Of a stretch of DNA of 64,000 nt, positions 55,311-64,000 are shown one piece after another (positions within the stretch are counted from its first letter, which is position 1; each line of letters opens with the position of its first letter). Under the pieces are notes generated by a model that saw only the letters and a program-made list of their open reading frames with translations, did not search any database and was not told the DNA's origin. This DNA comes from a virus, in IMG/VR virus record IMGVR_UViG_3300037247_001169, positions 1 to 64,000 of that record; one strand, 5' to 3'. A program made the position numbers and the translations under genes.

Positions 55311-56137
55311 GCTCGGTCTCCCTTACTCCCACCCGCCGCGTCGGCGTCCACATCGCACACATACCGCCCCTTGAAATCCACCTCGTAGAGCTTGGTCCAT
55401 TCGGGCTCCGGCGGAACAACGACGTCGTCATTATCAGAGGCGCTGTCGGCTACGCGAGCCGACCATTCTCCGGCTTCTCGCTGTTGCTCGTCGGTCCACG
55501 CCGCAATGACTTCAAGCGGAATGGGTCGCGCCACCAGGAGTAGGCCATTTTGCACGATCTCCGGCGTCAGCTCCGTCCGCTCGGGGGCGCCGTCTCGCAT
55601 TCGGCGAATCCTGACTTCAGGCAACTCGTCAATGACCGGCTTGTAAGCGCCGCAGGCTTGCTTGTAGTCGTCGGTCATCTCCGTCCGCTCGTTGGCGAGG
55701 AGGTTCTCGGCGCGCTGGCACAAAGCCTCAAACTGTCTCGCAAGAGCAGTACACTCCGGAGCTTCCGAAGCGTCCACATTCGGTTCTTCGCCGGTGAACT
55801 CGACGAGGTTGTTGTCGATGAACCCCATAAGCTCCCTCAGCGCCTCGAGCGCCGTGGGCTCCGTCTGCTCGGGTGCGGGTGCGTCGGTGAGGAGGGCCTC
55901 GGCAGCAGGAACAGGGCAAGAAGGGTTATGTGTTATCACGCCGTCGGCAGTTCGGCTCGCCACACACAACGCGCAGGCCGCATTGCGGTTCTTTGCCAAC
56001 TCGACAAGTATTCTCAGCACCTCCAGCGGCTCGGCGTTGGCGTCGGCCTGGATATTGCAGACCACCCCAAACAAGTAATGCTGATTCGGAACACGTGCTA
56101 GGGCGTTGTCTTTAAGCCATTCTTCCGCCGTCTTCAT
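55307..56137 (-). CDS. Mosaic hypothetical protein
   Basis: Intact homolog of 3051-3792. Confidence 0.65.
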   Translation of the reverse strand: MKTAEEWLKDNALARVPNQHYLFGVVCNIQADANAEPLEVLRILVELAKNRNAACALCVASRTADGVITHNPSCPVPAAEALLTDAPAPEQTEPTALEALRELMGFIDNNLVEFTGEEPNVDASEAPECTALARQFEALCQRAENLLANERTEMTDDYKQACGAYKPVIDELPEVRIRRMRDGAPERTELTPEIVQNGLLLVARPIPLEVIAAWTDEQQREAGEWSARVADSASDNDDVVVPPEPEWTKLYEVDFKGRYVCDVDADAAGGSKGDRA

Positions 56138-56444
56138 CGCTCGGTCTCCCATATCCGCAGCCAACGTTTCGGTGCCAGGCGACGGCATTTCTCGCAGGTG
56201 ACGTTTTTCCACCACCAACTAGTAGATGCCCGTTTCTCCGCAGTTCCAACACATAGGACAAACACCCCTGCCGTTGAGAGCGCTGTCGTATCCTGGAATA
56301 TCCGCTTATGCGTCACCGCCATCGGCAGCCTCCGACTTGCGACCACTCGACAGAATCAGCCACACAGCCACCGGCTGCACAACGAACACAACGAATGCAA
56401 CTACTAGTTTCCATGTAGTGGCAGACCACCCGAAAAGTAATCCG

Positions 56445-56897
56445 CTATCCATCGGCAGCCTCCCGTCCAATCCCCAAACTCTCACGGGCTTCTCGCCGCC
56501 GTTTGTGGGCGTTCCAGGCGTACCAGCCACACGCGGTCACCGCCCAATAACATCGGCGCATTCGATGGGTTTCCATTCCGGCCTCGCCCATGATTCGCCG
56601 GAACAGCCCATCTCCCTGATAGCGAGAAAACTCATGCCCACCACACGCCTCGGCAGCGCCGTTGTTGTAGTAAATCCAGTCGTGTACCACGCCCGCCGCA
56701 CAGATTCGGCCCCCGAGACGAACGCCCGCCATGGTCCAGAATATTCGCGGAATCGACGCGCCGTCGCAGACGAATCCCTTCGGCACCGTAATCGTCCAGT
56801 CCGTCCCGACTGGATACACATAGGGTGTGAGCAGCCGAAACATCTTCGAGCCGTAAATCGCTCGCAAGTCCGGCTGCTGTTCGGCGTCAATCTTCAT
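56445..56897 (-). CDS. DUF1353-like protein
   Basis: VPKGFVCDGASIPRIFW..AAGVVHDWIY. Confidence 0.85.
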   Translation of the reverse strand: MKIDAEQQPDLRAIYGSKMFRLLTPYVYPVGTDWTITVPKGFVCDGASIPRIFWTMAGVRLGGRICAAGVVHDWIYYNNGAAEACGGHEFSRYQGDGLFRRIMGEAGMETHRMRRCYWAVTACGWYAWNAHKRRREARESLGIGREAADG

Positions 56898-56913
56898 CGG
56901 GAATGTCTCCTGT

Positions 56914-57183
56914 CTAGGTGTCGGCCACCATTTTGGTTCTGCCCAGGTCCGTAAGCTCGTATCCCCGGGTGGTCCAGCGGGCCAAACCGCCCTTCACGAG
57001 TTTCCCGAGAACGCCCCCCGCGCATAGGGCCATGTTATTGCCGCCCTGCCCATGGCCGGCCCGGTGGCATCGGTGCGGCTTGTCTGGCCATGCCCGTTGC
57101 GCGAACTCGGCAGGCGAGACGGGGCCTAACTGGTAAATGACGAGCAAGTTTCCCACGGTTGCCTTACTGAGTTTCTTCGCCAT
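56914..57183 (-). CDS. Winged-helix-like protein
   Basis: LGKLVKGGL..GYELTDLGR. Confidence 0.55.
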   Translation of the reverse strand: MAKKLSKATVGNLLVIYQLGPVSPAEFAQRAWPDKPHRCHRAGHGQGGNNMALCAGGVLGKLVKGGLARWTTRGYELTDLGRTKMVADT

Positions 57184-57340
57184 CGTCCTCGACCTCCTCG
57201 GGTGCGGGTTCGTTCGGCCTCAACACCTCGACCACTGTCACGACCGCCCGTACCGCGACGTAGCCGATTTTCAGGGCGGTCAGCGGGGCCATGCAGCCGC
57301 CGAGCAACAGTAGCGCGAGTAGGGGTAGGGTGCGTTTCAT
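57164..57340 (-). CDS. Small lipoprotein
   Basis: LLLLGGC lipobox; homolog 4580-4753. Confidence 0.7.
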   Translation of the reverse strand: MKRTLPLLALLLLGGCMAPLTALKIGYVAVRAVVTVVEVLRPNEPAPEEVEDDGEETQ

Positions 57341-57750
57341 TCGGGGTCCCCCAGTGGGCCAGCCCGCAGAGCAGCAGCCGCCGTCTCTAAAAGGTGCGCA
57401 CACTGCGTCCGGTCGCCGCGGAATACGCAATAGCTGATGTCCGCACCGGGTACGCCACCACCCACACTGATACGTACAATCTTCTGTTCATCCTCTGGGC
57501 GCTCGACGATGCTCAGCGTCTTGTAGCGCCACTCCGCAAGCACGGATTCGTCCGGCAGCCCGCCTGCGATACCGGACATGTCTCCGCGCATAGCCCGATC
57601 CGCACGTCCCTTCAGGCGGGACCAGAAGTGGGGCGGTAATACGCTTTCCGCGTCTCTATCAACGTGGCTCTGCATCACTCTCTCCTTGCCCGCCGAATGG
57701 CGGGCGGGGTCATATTCGCTCAAGGTGGTCCTGCTTGTCCTGGACAGCAC
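57337..57750 (-). CDS. Hypothetical protein
   Basis: Likely start MQSHVD after AAGGAG. Confidence 0.55.
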   Translation of the reverse strand: MLSRTSRTTLSEYDPARHSAGKERVMQSHVDRDAESVLPPHFWSRLKGRADRAMRGDMSGIAGGLPDESVLAEWRYKTLSIVERPEDEQKIVRISVGGGVPGADISYCVFRGDRTQCAHLLETAAAALRAGPLGDPE

Positions 57751-57760
57751 GCATCAGGCA

Positions 57761-58588
57761 TCACCCCCTTACCCTCGGTATGAGACCAGCGTCGATCAGA
57801 ATCCGGGAAATCTCCCGTGCGGCCTCTGGCCAGCGCTCAAGCCCCGGATACAGAATCGCCGGACCATCCTCGACGTACTCCAACGCCTCGGGCAAATCTT
57901 CATCCTGCCACCAGCCCTTTGTTGGTCCGTAGCAGTAGAGCATGGGGATGGGAGGGTTGTAGGCAAATGGGAGATAACCCATAGCTCGCACATTGGCATC
58001 CCACGTCAGCGACTTAGGCCCCGAGAACGTGGCGCTGTCCAGGAACACTACGTTCCTGAGGCTGGCCTGGACCGTGCGACAAACCGAGGCGGCGATACCC
58101 TGTTCGTCTTCGCTCCACGCTCCGATGGACGGATACCACCAATAAGTCACGTTCGTCGGGAAGTGCGCCCCTTGAATCGACGCGCGAAGGCGATTCAGGT
58201 CACACTCCTGCTTACCCTCCCACACCGGGCGCATGGCGCTTTCCATCTCGAAGACAAACACGTGCGTGCGCGTCCGCCAGATGGCGTCCACGACCTCCCG
58301 CTGGATGGCTTTCCAACCCTCCGGCGAGGCGAAATCGTCCTCGAGGAATCCGTCCGTCTTGAGCCCGGGGTAGATGCGCATGCGCGGCACCCGCTGGCAG
58401 ATGTCGCTGTACAACCTCGCGAAGTTGTGCGTCGTGGTCACGATCGCGGTGTCCGTACTGGACAGCCAACCCCGAAGGCCGTCGACCGTGGCCTCTACGT
58501 GATCCGGTCCATTGCATTCGACCCACGGGATGATCTTCAAGTGGGTCTTCGGCAACTCTCCGAGTACCCGCAGATTGTTCGCCGACAT
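57761..58588 (-). CDS. Hypothetical protein, homolog of 5506-6300
   Basis: Shared PGLK, SPEGW, ESAM.PVW, VTY.W, LIDAGLIPRVRG. Confidence 0.75.
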   Translation of the reverse strand: MSANNLRVLGELPKTHLKIIPWVECNGPDHVEATVDGLRGWLSSTDTAIVTTTHNFARLYSDICQRVPRMRIYPGLKTDGFLEDDFASPEGWKAIQREVVDAIWRTRTHVFVFEMESAMRPVWEGKQECDLNRLRASIQGAHFPTNVTYWWYPSIGAWSEDEQGIAASVCRTVQASLRNVVFLDSATFSGPKSLTWDANVRAMGYLPFAYNPPIPMLYCYGPTKGWWQDEDLPEALEYVEDGPAILYPGLERWPEAAREISRILIDAGLIPRVRG

Positions 58589-58614
58589 AAGGTTTCTCCG
58601 GTTGTTACGTAACC

Positions 58615-59172
58615 CTAGCTCGCCATCGCTACCGTGCGCCCGTCACGCTCAAAGTGGAAGACCGTGTCCAAATCCCATAGTAACCCAATAGCCCCGCCCG
58701 CGGCTTGGCACTTGAGCACTTCCTCGTTCACCGCGTTATAGAACCGTGGCCCACTGTTTCCCGCATTCAGGAGTTCTACCTGCGATGCGTAGACCGTGAA
58801 CGGATCACCACCAATGAAACCATACCGCCGTGGTGACGGCTCAGACGTCAAGTCGATCGCCTCACGAATTGCGTCTTTGACGCCGGCGCTTGTCAGTTTC
58901 GTGATCGTCTCGCTCCCATCGGCACCCATCAGCTCTTGCACCGGGAATCCGTCGTGAGATACAAAACGGATGTCATTGAATGCAATGAAGTTCGCGCGAC
59001 GCCCCGGCCGGATCAACTCGATACCATCGCGCTCTGCGAGCGTCCTGAGCTTCCCCCAGTGGAACTCGTCATCGACGTCGATCGCAATGACATCATGGCC
59101 ATCCTTGAAGCACTTACGCCACAAGGCCCACCCGTCAGTCCAAACCTGTTTTGATTCCTTGGTCTGTGTCAT
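58615..59172 (-). CDS. Hypothetical protein (genome B only)
   Basis: AGGAG RBS, 185 aa. Confidence 0.65.
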   Translation of the reverse strand: MTQTKESKQVWTDGWALWRKCFKDGHDVIAIDVDDEFHWGKLRTLAERDGIELIRPGRRANFIAFNDIRFVSHDGFPVQELMGADGSETITKLTSAGVKDAIREAIDLTSEPSPRRYGFIGGDPFTVYASQVELLNAGNSGPRFYNAVNEEVLKCQAAGGAIGLLWDLDTVFHFERDGRTVAMAS

Positions 59173-59423
59173 GCACTTCTCCTTCGTCCGCTATTCGACT
59201 GTTAGCGTCATTCACTTACCACTTCGCGCTAAGCGACAGCATTCCCAGAAACAGAATTACGGCGAGCGAGAACGGGGGCACTACCCGGATTAGCCAGGTA
59301 ATGACCCCGTCCTCAAACGCCGTCAAAGGGTAGATAATCACCCCTCGTCTCCGATGCTGATTAGGCCGAACCGGCCCTCAATCCAACTGTACAACCACTC
59401 GATAAACGGCATGTCGATTCTCC

Positions 59424-59699
59424 TTAGTGTTTCTGGACGCACGTGTAATCGAGACAAATCCAATATTCGATGTCTTCGCAATCGTCGCATTGTTGCGGAT
59501 ATTCCTGGCAAAAGTCGTAACAACGATCGGCCGCGCAGGCCCAACAGCACGGGGTGCATTCGCTGCCCGGCTGGCAGATGTCGCACGGACTGATGGCCCA
59601 GTTGGCCACCGGTTTAACGATAGCATCGGTTCCGTCAAGTGAGGAACATCCACACAGCAATCCGCAACATGCCAAGCTCGCCAAGAGTCTCGCAATCAT
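59424..59699 (-). CDS. Cys-rich lipoprotein
   Basis: LLCGC lipobox plus 12 further Cys. Confidence 0.65.
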   Translation of the reverse strand: MIARLLASLACCGLLCGCSSLDGTDAIVKPVANWAISPCDICQPGSECTPCCWACAADRCYDFCQEYPQQCDDCEDIEYWICLDYTCVQKH

Positions 59700-59780
59700 T
59701 TTTTCACCTTTCTCCAAAGTGCCCGCGGCGCCGGTGGTACTTGCAGCGGAGACCGCTACCCGGCACCGCGAGCGTTCAAT

Positions 59781-59960
59781 GCGGCCCTCGGCTGTCGCTC
59801 TCGCGACGCGATACATTGGGCCGCGTATCGCCAATCAAAGACGAGAGGCCGGAGTCTAACCGACACGAGAAAAACTACGCTCGCCTGAACGTCGCTCCCG
59901 CCCGCAGTCTGTTGCAAACCCTTGCCGTGTAATCGATCTTGGTCTGCGTGCAAGCCGCAA
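59781..59960 (-). ncRNA. Conserved structured RNA block (copy B)
   Basis: Near-identical to 6677-6860. Confidence 0.5.
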
Positions 59961-59963
59961 TCA

Positions 59964-60167
59964 TCATCCAAACACCTTTCTCCAAATTTTCTCCAGGCAT
60001 TCCATCTGCTTCGGTGACGGAGCCCAGGCGAACTTGGCCTGAGCCGCCCGTCGATTGAGCTTGTCGACGAACCGAAACTCCCATCCCGTGAGCTTGCCGC
60101 TCTTTGAGGTCGCCAAGTCGGAGAGCCGGGTTTCCCACGCTTTGTCGAACGTTCCCATACTGACCAA
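59964..60167 (-). CDS. Hypothetical protein
   Basis: Homolog of 6865-7062. Confidence 0.7.
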   Translation of the reverse strand: MVSMGTFDKAWETRLSDLATSKSGKLTGWEFRFVDKLNRRAAQAKFAWAPSPKQMECLEKIWRKVFG

Positions 60168-60182
60168 CCACTAAACCGCCGA

Positions 60183-60255
60183 GGGCCGGTGCGGGATTTG
60201 AACCCGCGTCTTAGGCTCTCCAGGCCCACGTTGTGCCAGACTCAACCAACCGGCA
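60183..60255 (-). tRNA. Atypical tRNA-like gene, anticodon GGA (Ser), short variable loop
   Basis: T-arm GCGGG-TTCAAAT-CCCGC, D-stem GTTG/CAAC, anticodon arm TGGGC-CTGGAGA-GCCTA, acceptor GCCGGT/ACCGGC. Confidence 0.65.
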
Positions 60256-60270
60256 ATCCTCGACAGCGTT

Positions 60271-60480
60271 TCATTCAAGGCCCGCGGCCGGATTCCTCAG
60301 TCCGGCTCCGGCGTCTCGGATAGGATAATGGCAGTCACGCACACCGAGCACGTCTCCCCAATCTCTCCAGGCGCTGCCATACCTCGCGGGCCCGGTAAGG
60401 CACGGTCCTCACGGCTCTCGCGAGCCGAGTGCTTGCAGGCAGGACCGGCCTCAAGTTCTCCTACGACTGCACCCACGCCG
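60271..60480 (-). ncRNA. GNRA-rich structured RNA candidate (copy B)
   Basis: Homolog of 7188-7390. Confidence 0.5.
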
Positions 60481-60543
60481 TGAGCCAATCTAACCATCCC
60501 ATTGCCCACGCAAGCCACGCCAACAGAAGCGATACAAGTCCGG

Positions 60544-61581
60544 TCATTTGCCAATCTCCTCAAAGGTAAGTTGTCCGTCTACGTCTGCTATCACCGGCAA
60601 CGGCTCGGGGTTGGATACCCGATGCCGCGCCTCTTCCACTCGTCTGTGCATAAGCTCCGCTTGCGATTTGCGGAGGTCGATACCGATTGAGTTGCGTCCT
60701 GCGAGAATCGCCGCCGCAAGCGTCGTTCCGGATCCGCCGAACGGGTCAAGCACTACACCGTCTGGCGGGCAGAAGCTGCGGATCCAAAAGTCTGCCAGGG
60801 ACTCGGGAAACGGTGCTTCGTTTTCGTGAGCTAAGTCGGAGCCCATGTGCCCCTTGCCCACCGTGCAGGGAATGAAGTCCATCGCCTCGAATGGAATGAC
60901 GTTGCCGGGGTTTGCTTTGGACGGCGGATCGTAACCCGTCGCATGGCAGCCGTCCGGTCGGCGGCTCTTATTGCGTACCCGGCCTGCCTCTGTGACAACG
61001 TGCGACGGCCGCTTGTGAGTGTCGCGTGTACCGTCCACCTTGCGATGCCCCACCGCGCCTTCGCATCCGCCCCACTGATTGCGGCGGGTGCCATCCGTAA
61101 GCCGATGACTCATCGCGCCGCCCGGCGCCCACCTCGGAGGATGTCCCGCCGCCGTGTTGTCTGACCAGGGCAGTTTCCCGCGCTTCCGCGTCGCACACAC
61201 GATGAACTCGTAGTCATTGCGAAGCCAATCGGGACCGCCGCTGCCAGGGATTCCGACACGATGGAATGCGGACGGCTTACGCAGGAACATGCCGCACTTC
61301 TGGAGTTTTACGGCCAGGTGAAGAGGTGTAGCAGAGTACGAGTAATTCTTGGTCCGCCCCTCGACCACCCACGCTACAAGCCCCTTGCACACGCGCAGGC
61401 ACTCGCGGAAGCGCACGAAGGCCCACTCGACCCATTCCGAACCCTCAAGTTTGAAATCGACCCCGTAGGTCCGCGCTGCCTCATAGGGCGGCGAACCGAA
61501 GACCAGGTCTACGGAATCCGTCTTCATCGCCCGCATCTCTTCCAGAGAATCACCGATTAGGATGGTCGTCTCAGCGGTCAT
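60544..61581 (-). CDS. DNA N4-cytosine/N6-adenine methyltransferase
   Basis: GSPPY motif IV; HENEAPFP; VLDPFGGSGTT. Confidence 0.9.
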   Translation of the reverse strand: MTAETTILIGDSLEEMRAMKTDSVDLVFGSPPYEAARTYGVDFKLEGSEWVEWAFVRFRECLRVCKGLVAWVVEGRTKNYSYSATPLHLAVKLQKCGMFLRKPSAFHRVGIPGSGGPDWLRNDYEFIVCATRKRGKLPWSDNTAAGHPPRWAPGGAMSHRLTDGTRRNQWGGCEGAVGHRKVDGTRDTHKRPSHVVTEAGRVRNKSRRPDGCHATGYDPPSKANPGNVIPFEAMDFIPCTVGKGHMGSDLAHENEAPFPESLADFWIRSFCPPDGVVLDPFGGSGTTLAAAILAGRNSIGIDLRKSQAELMHRRVEEARHRVSNPEPLPVIADVDGQLTFEEIGK

Positions 61582-61859
61582 GCCTTCACCGTCAACACGC
61601 ATTCCAGCGGGCCGCCGCCGGGCCTAAGCGTCATGCCAGCCTTGCGCAAGTAGCGAGGTCCCAGTTCTACGCACAGCGACGTGACGAAATCGCAACCCGA
61701 CGGTTCAATCCACTCCGTACTATCGCGAGCACCACGTATGGGTTTAGTGCCGATGTATACTTCATAGCGGCAATCCTTCGCCGTCGACCGAGCCCAGTTC
61801 TTGGATCGCCGCGTTAACCACAGCGTCATCGTTTCCGGCTTTGCTTTCTTCTTACTCAT
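61578..61859 (-). CDS. Hypothetical protein
   Basis: GAGG RBS, coupling. Confidence 0.55.
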   Translation of the reverse strand: MSKKKAKPETMTLWLTRRSKNWARSTAKDCRYEVYIGTKPIRGARDSTEWIEPSGCDFVTSLCVELGPRYLRKAGMTLRPGGGPLECVLTVKA

Positions 61860-62100
61860 GTTTCCTCAGCTCCTCGATGGCCCAGCGCACGACCTCGTAA
61901 TCGCGCATGAGGGAAAGCCGGCGCGCCTTGTCACCATCGCCACTGGTTGGTGTAATCGCCGCTATTTTCATATCCAATTCCCAGCGCAGCTGTTCTAACC
62001 GTTCCATCATCCGTTCAAACTCACCCCCGCGGGCCGGGTCTCGACACCTTTGGCCCGCGGGGGTTGCGATCACACTACCGATTTTAACCGACTTATCCAC
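61852..62100 (-). CDS. Hypothetical protein
   Basis: Coupled ORF. Confidence 0.5.
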   Translation of the reverse strand: MDKSVKIGSVIATPAGQRCRDPARGGEFERMMERLEQLRWELDMKIAAITPTSGDGDKARRLSLMRDYEVVRWAIEELRKHE

Positions 62101-62543
62101 AGCGAAGCTCCGGGCTGGCCGTATACTTTAGCGACCTTGCCATCGACCACTTGCGCATCGTCGCGATACACGATGCCCGCCAGAGCATCCTCGATGCACC
62201 GTAGCAGCTTGCCTCGGTCGGGCCTCCCAGTCGGGAATGCGGGCGCGTCGTGCTTCAGAACGCCCCGCTCGCGGTTGCCACCCGTGTAGTGGGACATCGG
62301 GCGCTGAAACGCGAACTCGGCTTCGAGGTAGATTGGTCCAGTCCAAGGCGGGTCGCCATGATCCGCATCTCGTCCAAAATGCTCGTCGCATAGTTCCAGC
62401 GCAAACTGGCTAACCCGACCATTCCACGCCTCAAGCGGTTCGTTCTTGACGGGCACGGACTTCCCAGTGGACTTGCTCGTAACCCACTTCGCCGAGCCCT
62501 TCGCACGCGGCTTGCCGGGAATGAATATGTGGAGTTCAGCCAC
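62070..62543 (-). CDS. rusA: RusA-family Holliday junction resolvase
   Basis: IPGKPRAKGS; PDRGKLLRCIEDALAGIVYRDDAQVV..KVY. Confidence 0.9.
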   Translation of the reverse strand: MAELHIFIPGKPRAKGSAKWVTSKSTGKSVPVKNEPLEAWNGRVSQFALELCDEHFGRDADHGDPPWTGPIYLEAEFAFQRPMSHYTGGNRERGVLKHDAPAFPTGRPDRGKLLRCIEDALAGIVYRDDAQVVDGKVAKVYGQPGASLWISRLKSVV

Positions 62544-62928
62544 CCTTCGTCTCCATCGCGGCGCGGGCGATGCGGTTCATTGCCTCCGTTTCGTCACGGA
62601 TAGTGTCCAGGGCGTTGCCCGGCGTTGCACGGCCACCCAAACGATAGGCAGTCAAGAGCTTGTCCTTCGCGTCGATAATCCTGCGCTGACATTCCAGAAT
62701 CTCCCCCAGCGGCTCCACGTCGGCCTGGCCGACGGCTGTAGCGGCATTGAGTAATGCCAGAAGACGGCCATGCTCCTCCGCGTTGTGGCTCGAAGCCATC
62801 AACTCGGTCACCGCGTTAACGATGGCCGCGTCCCGCTCTTTCACCTTCGCCAGATATGTCTCGGTGTCACTGGGCATCGGGGGCTCCGGACTTGGACGTC
62901 TTTGCCAGCCGCGCCCTGACCTGCTCAT
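62536..62928 (-). CDS. Hypothetical protein
   Basis: DTETYL..QADVEPL shared with 8310-8594; likely start MPSD. Confidence 0.6.
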   Translation of the reverse strand: MSRSGRGWQRRPSPEPPMPSDTETYLAKVKERDAAIVNAVTELMASSHNAEEHGRLLALLNAATAVGQADVEPLGEILECQRRIIDAKDKLLTAYRLGGRATPGNALDTIRDETEAMNRIARAAMETKGG

Positions 62929-64000
62929 ACATCTCCCTGAGTGTCACCGGGTCGTTCACGGAATAGCACGCCCCGATATTCGGCCAGTCCTTGCCGGCCG
63001 CGAGGCCCCACTGGTGAAGGAACTGATTGGCGGCGGGAGCATCAAGTTGGTCGAACGCAGCCATCAGGCCCCGTCGAAGCACGCCGATCGAAGCCGGATC
63101 GTCTGTGGGCGGCGTCTCAGACGCAGGTTCGGCCGGGGGAGGCGCCGCCGTCACTTTCGACTTCGAGCATCCCGGGCTGTGCTTGAATGCTCGCCCGCTC
63201 CTGCCCCTACCGCATTCTGGGCATCCCTTGACGGCCGGGGCTTCCGGGGCGGCTGGCTCTGGTTCTGGGGCCAGCGGATCGGCTAGCGGATGTTGGTCCT
63301 CGCCCGGCGGGACTTCACTGCCGTCGTCCATCTGGAGTTCCGGCTGCTTCGTGACCTTCGACGCGTCGAAGGGTTCGCGCGGGGCCTGGGTCTCACCACT
63401 GAGATCAAGGGCATCCAGCACATCGTCAACTGCCATTTCCTCGCGGGAGTAGAGACCCTTCGTCACGTCGGGGAACGTATAACGCAGCGCAAAACTACGG
63501 GCGCGCCGTAGCAACATGTGCCGTAGGTACGATTGGTATGTTTGCTTACTCCACAGCGATACCAGCTTGCCCTTTTCCCAGACCATCGCTTTCTTAGTGT
63601 CGGCCACCGAGAAGGTCTCGCGTCGCGGTTTCCCGCCGATGCGGCCGACGATGCAGTAGGCTTCGAGCGTGTCGCCATCGCCCGTCCATCCCTCTTCAAA
63701 GACGGACTGATCGAAGAGCGCCGTCTTGCGCATGCAGAGGGCCAAAAGCATGTCGCCCCATACCGTTGGCTTGCCATTGATGACCGCGATATTCTGAATT
63801 GCCTGCACGGGGTCGATGCCCAACTCGGCTCCGAACTGCATGCCTATTACGATCGCCGACTGGTTCATATCCTTCGGCGCCCAGCCGGCGTCTAAGACGC
63901 ACTTGGCGAACCGCCAAAAGTCCTCCATCGTCTGCAATTGCATGCCGAGCTGCCTACTTGGCGGCGGGATGCCTGGTACTGTCGCTCGCACTTGTTCGCG
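62867..64000 (-). CDS. RecT-like annealing protein (5' truncated by window)
   Basis: Close homolog of 8862-10037. Confidence 0.85.
   Translation of the reverse strand, partial: REQVRATVPGIPPPSRQLGMQLQTMEDFWRFAKCVLDAGWAPKDMNQSAIVIGMQFGAELGIDPVQAIQNIAVINGKPTVWGDMLLALCMRKTALFDQSVFEEGWTGDGDTLEAYCIVGRIGGKPRRETFSVADTKKAMVWEKGKLVSLWSKQTYQSYLRHMLLRRARSFALRYTFPDVTKGLYSREEMAVDDVLDALDLSGETQAPREPFDASKVTKQPELQMDDGSEVPPGEDQHPLADPLAPEPEPAAPEAPAVKGCPECGRGRSGRAFKHSPGCSKSKVTAAPPPAEPASETPPTDDPASIGVLRRGLMAAFDQLDAPAANQFLHQWGLAAGKDWPNIGACYSVNDPVTLREMYEQVRARLAKTSKSGAPDAQ

Larger units (their letters stand above)
42200..64000. mobile_element. Phage genome B (left part), related to genome A
   Basis: 50,004 onward is colinear and patchily near-identical to 1-10,020; left boundary inferred from the non-coding region and divergent promoters. 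Confidence 0.7.

Noticed and set aside
60183-60255. tRNA as prophage attachment site
   Set aside because: No duplicated 3' end and no integrase in the window.

Overview
High-GC tailed-phage DNA (podovirus-like gene set, no integrase seen), apparently two related but non-identical genomes joined head-to-tail. Window positions 1-10,020 recur as a mosaic homolog at about 50,004-64,000. The likely junction is the non-coding, repeat-rich stretch at about 41.1-42.2 kb (inference). Genome A (1-41 kb, minus strand) carries small replication and accessory genes, a RuvC-like resolvase, a RecT-like annealing protein with a PD-(D/E)XK exonuclease, and a full virion module (terminase, portal, scaffold, major capsid, adaptor, nozzle, Q/G-rich ejection proteins, tail fibre). 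Genome B (42-64 kb) carries a plus-strand early cassette cluster, a holin-like gene, two DNA methyltransferases, a replication initiator, RusA and RecT. The standout feature is a TIGR-Tas-type RNA-guided system at 45,043-47,231: a 347-aa nuclease-less Nop/IS110-like protein flanked on both sides by arrays of 36-nt units (9-nt repeat, 9-nt spacer, 9-nt repeat, 9-nt spacer; 17 + 14 = 31 units). A second recurrent, unannotated architecture appears three times (about 1.4, 42.1 and 54.3 kb): a sigma70 promoter, then a leaderless ATG segment complementary to the loop of a downstream terminator, with a nested -10 hexamer. A cluster of structured non-coding elements (GNRA-rich RNA, pseudoknot, tRNA-like folds) is largely conserved in both genome copies. 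All calls were made by eye from the sequence and ORF track; no searches were run.
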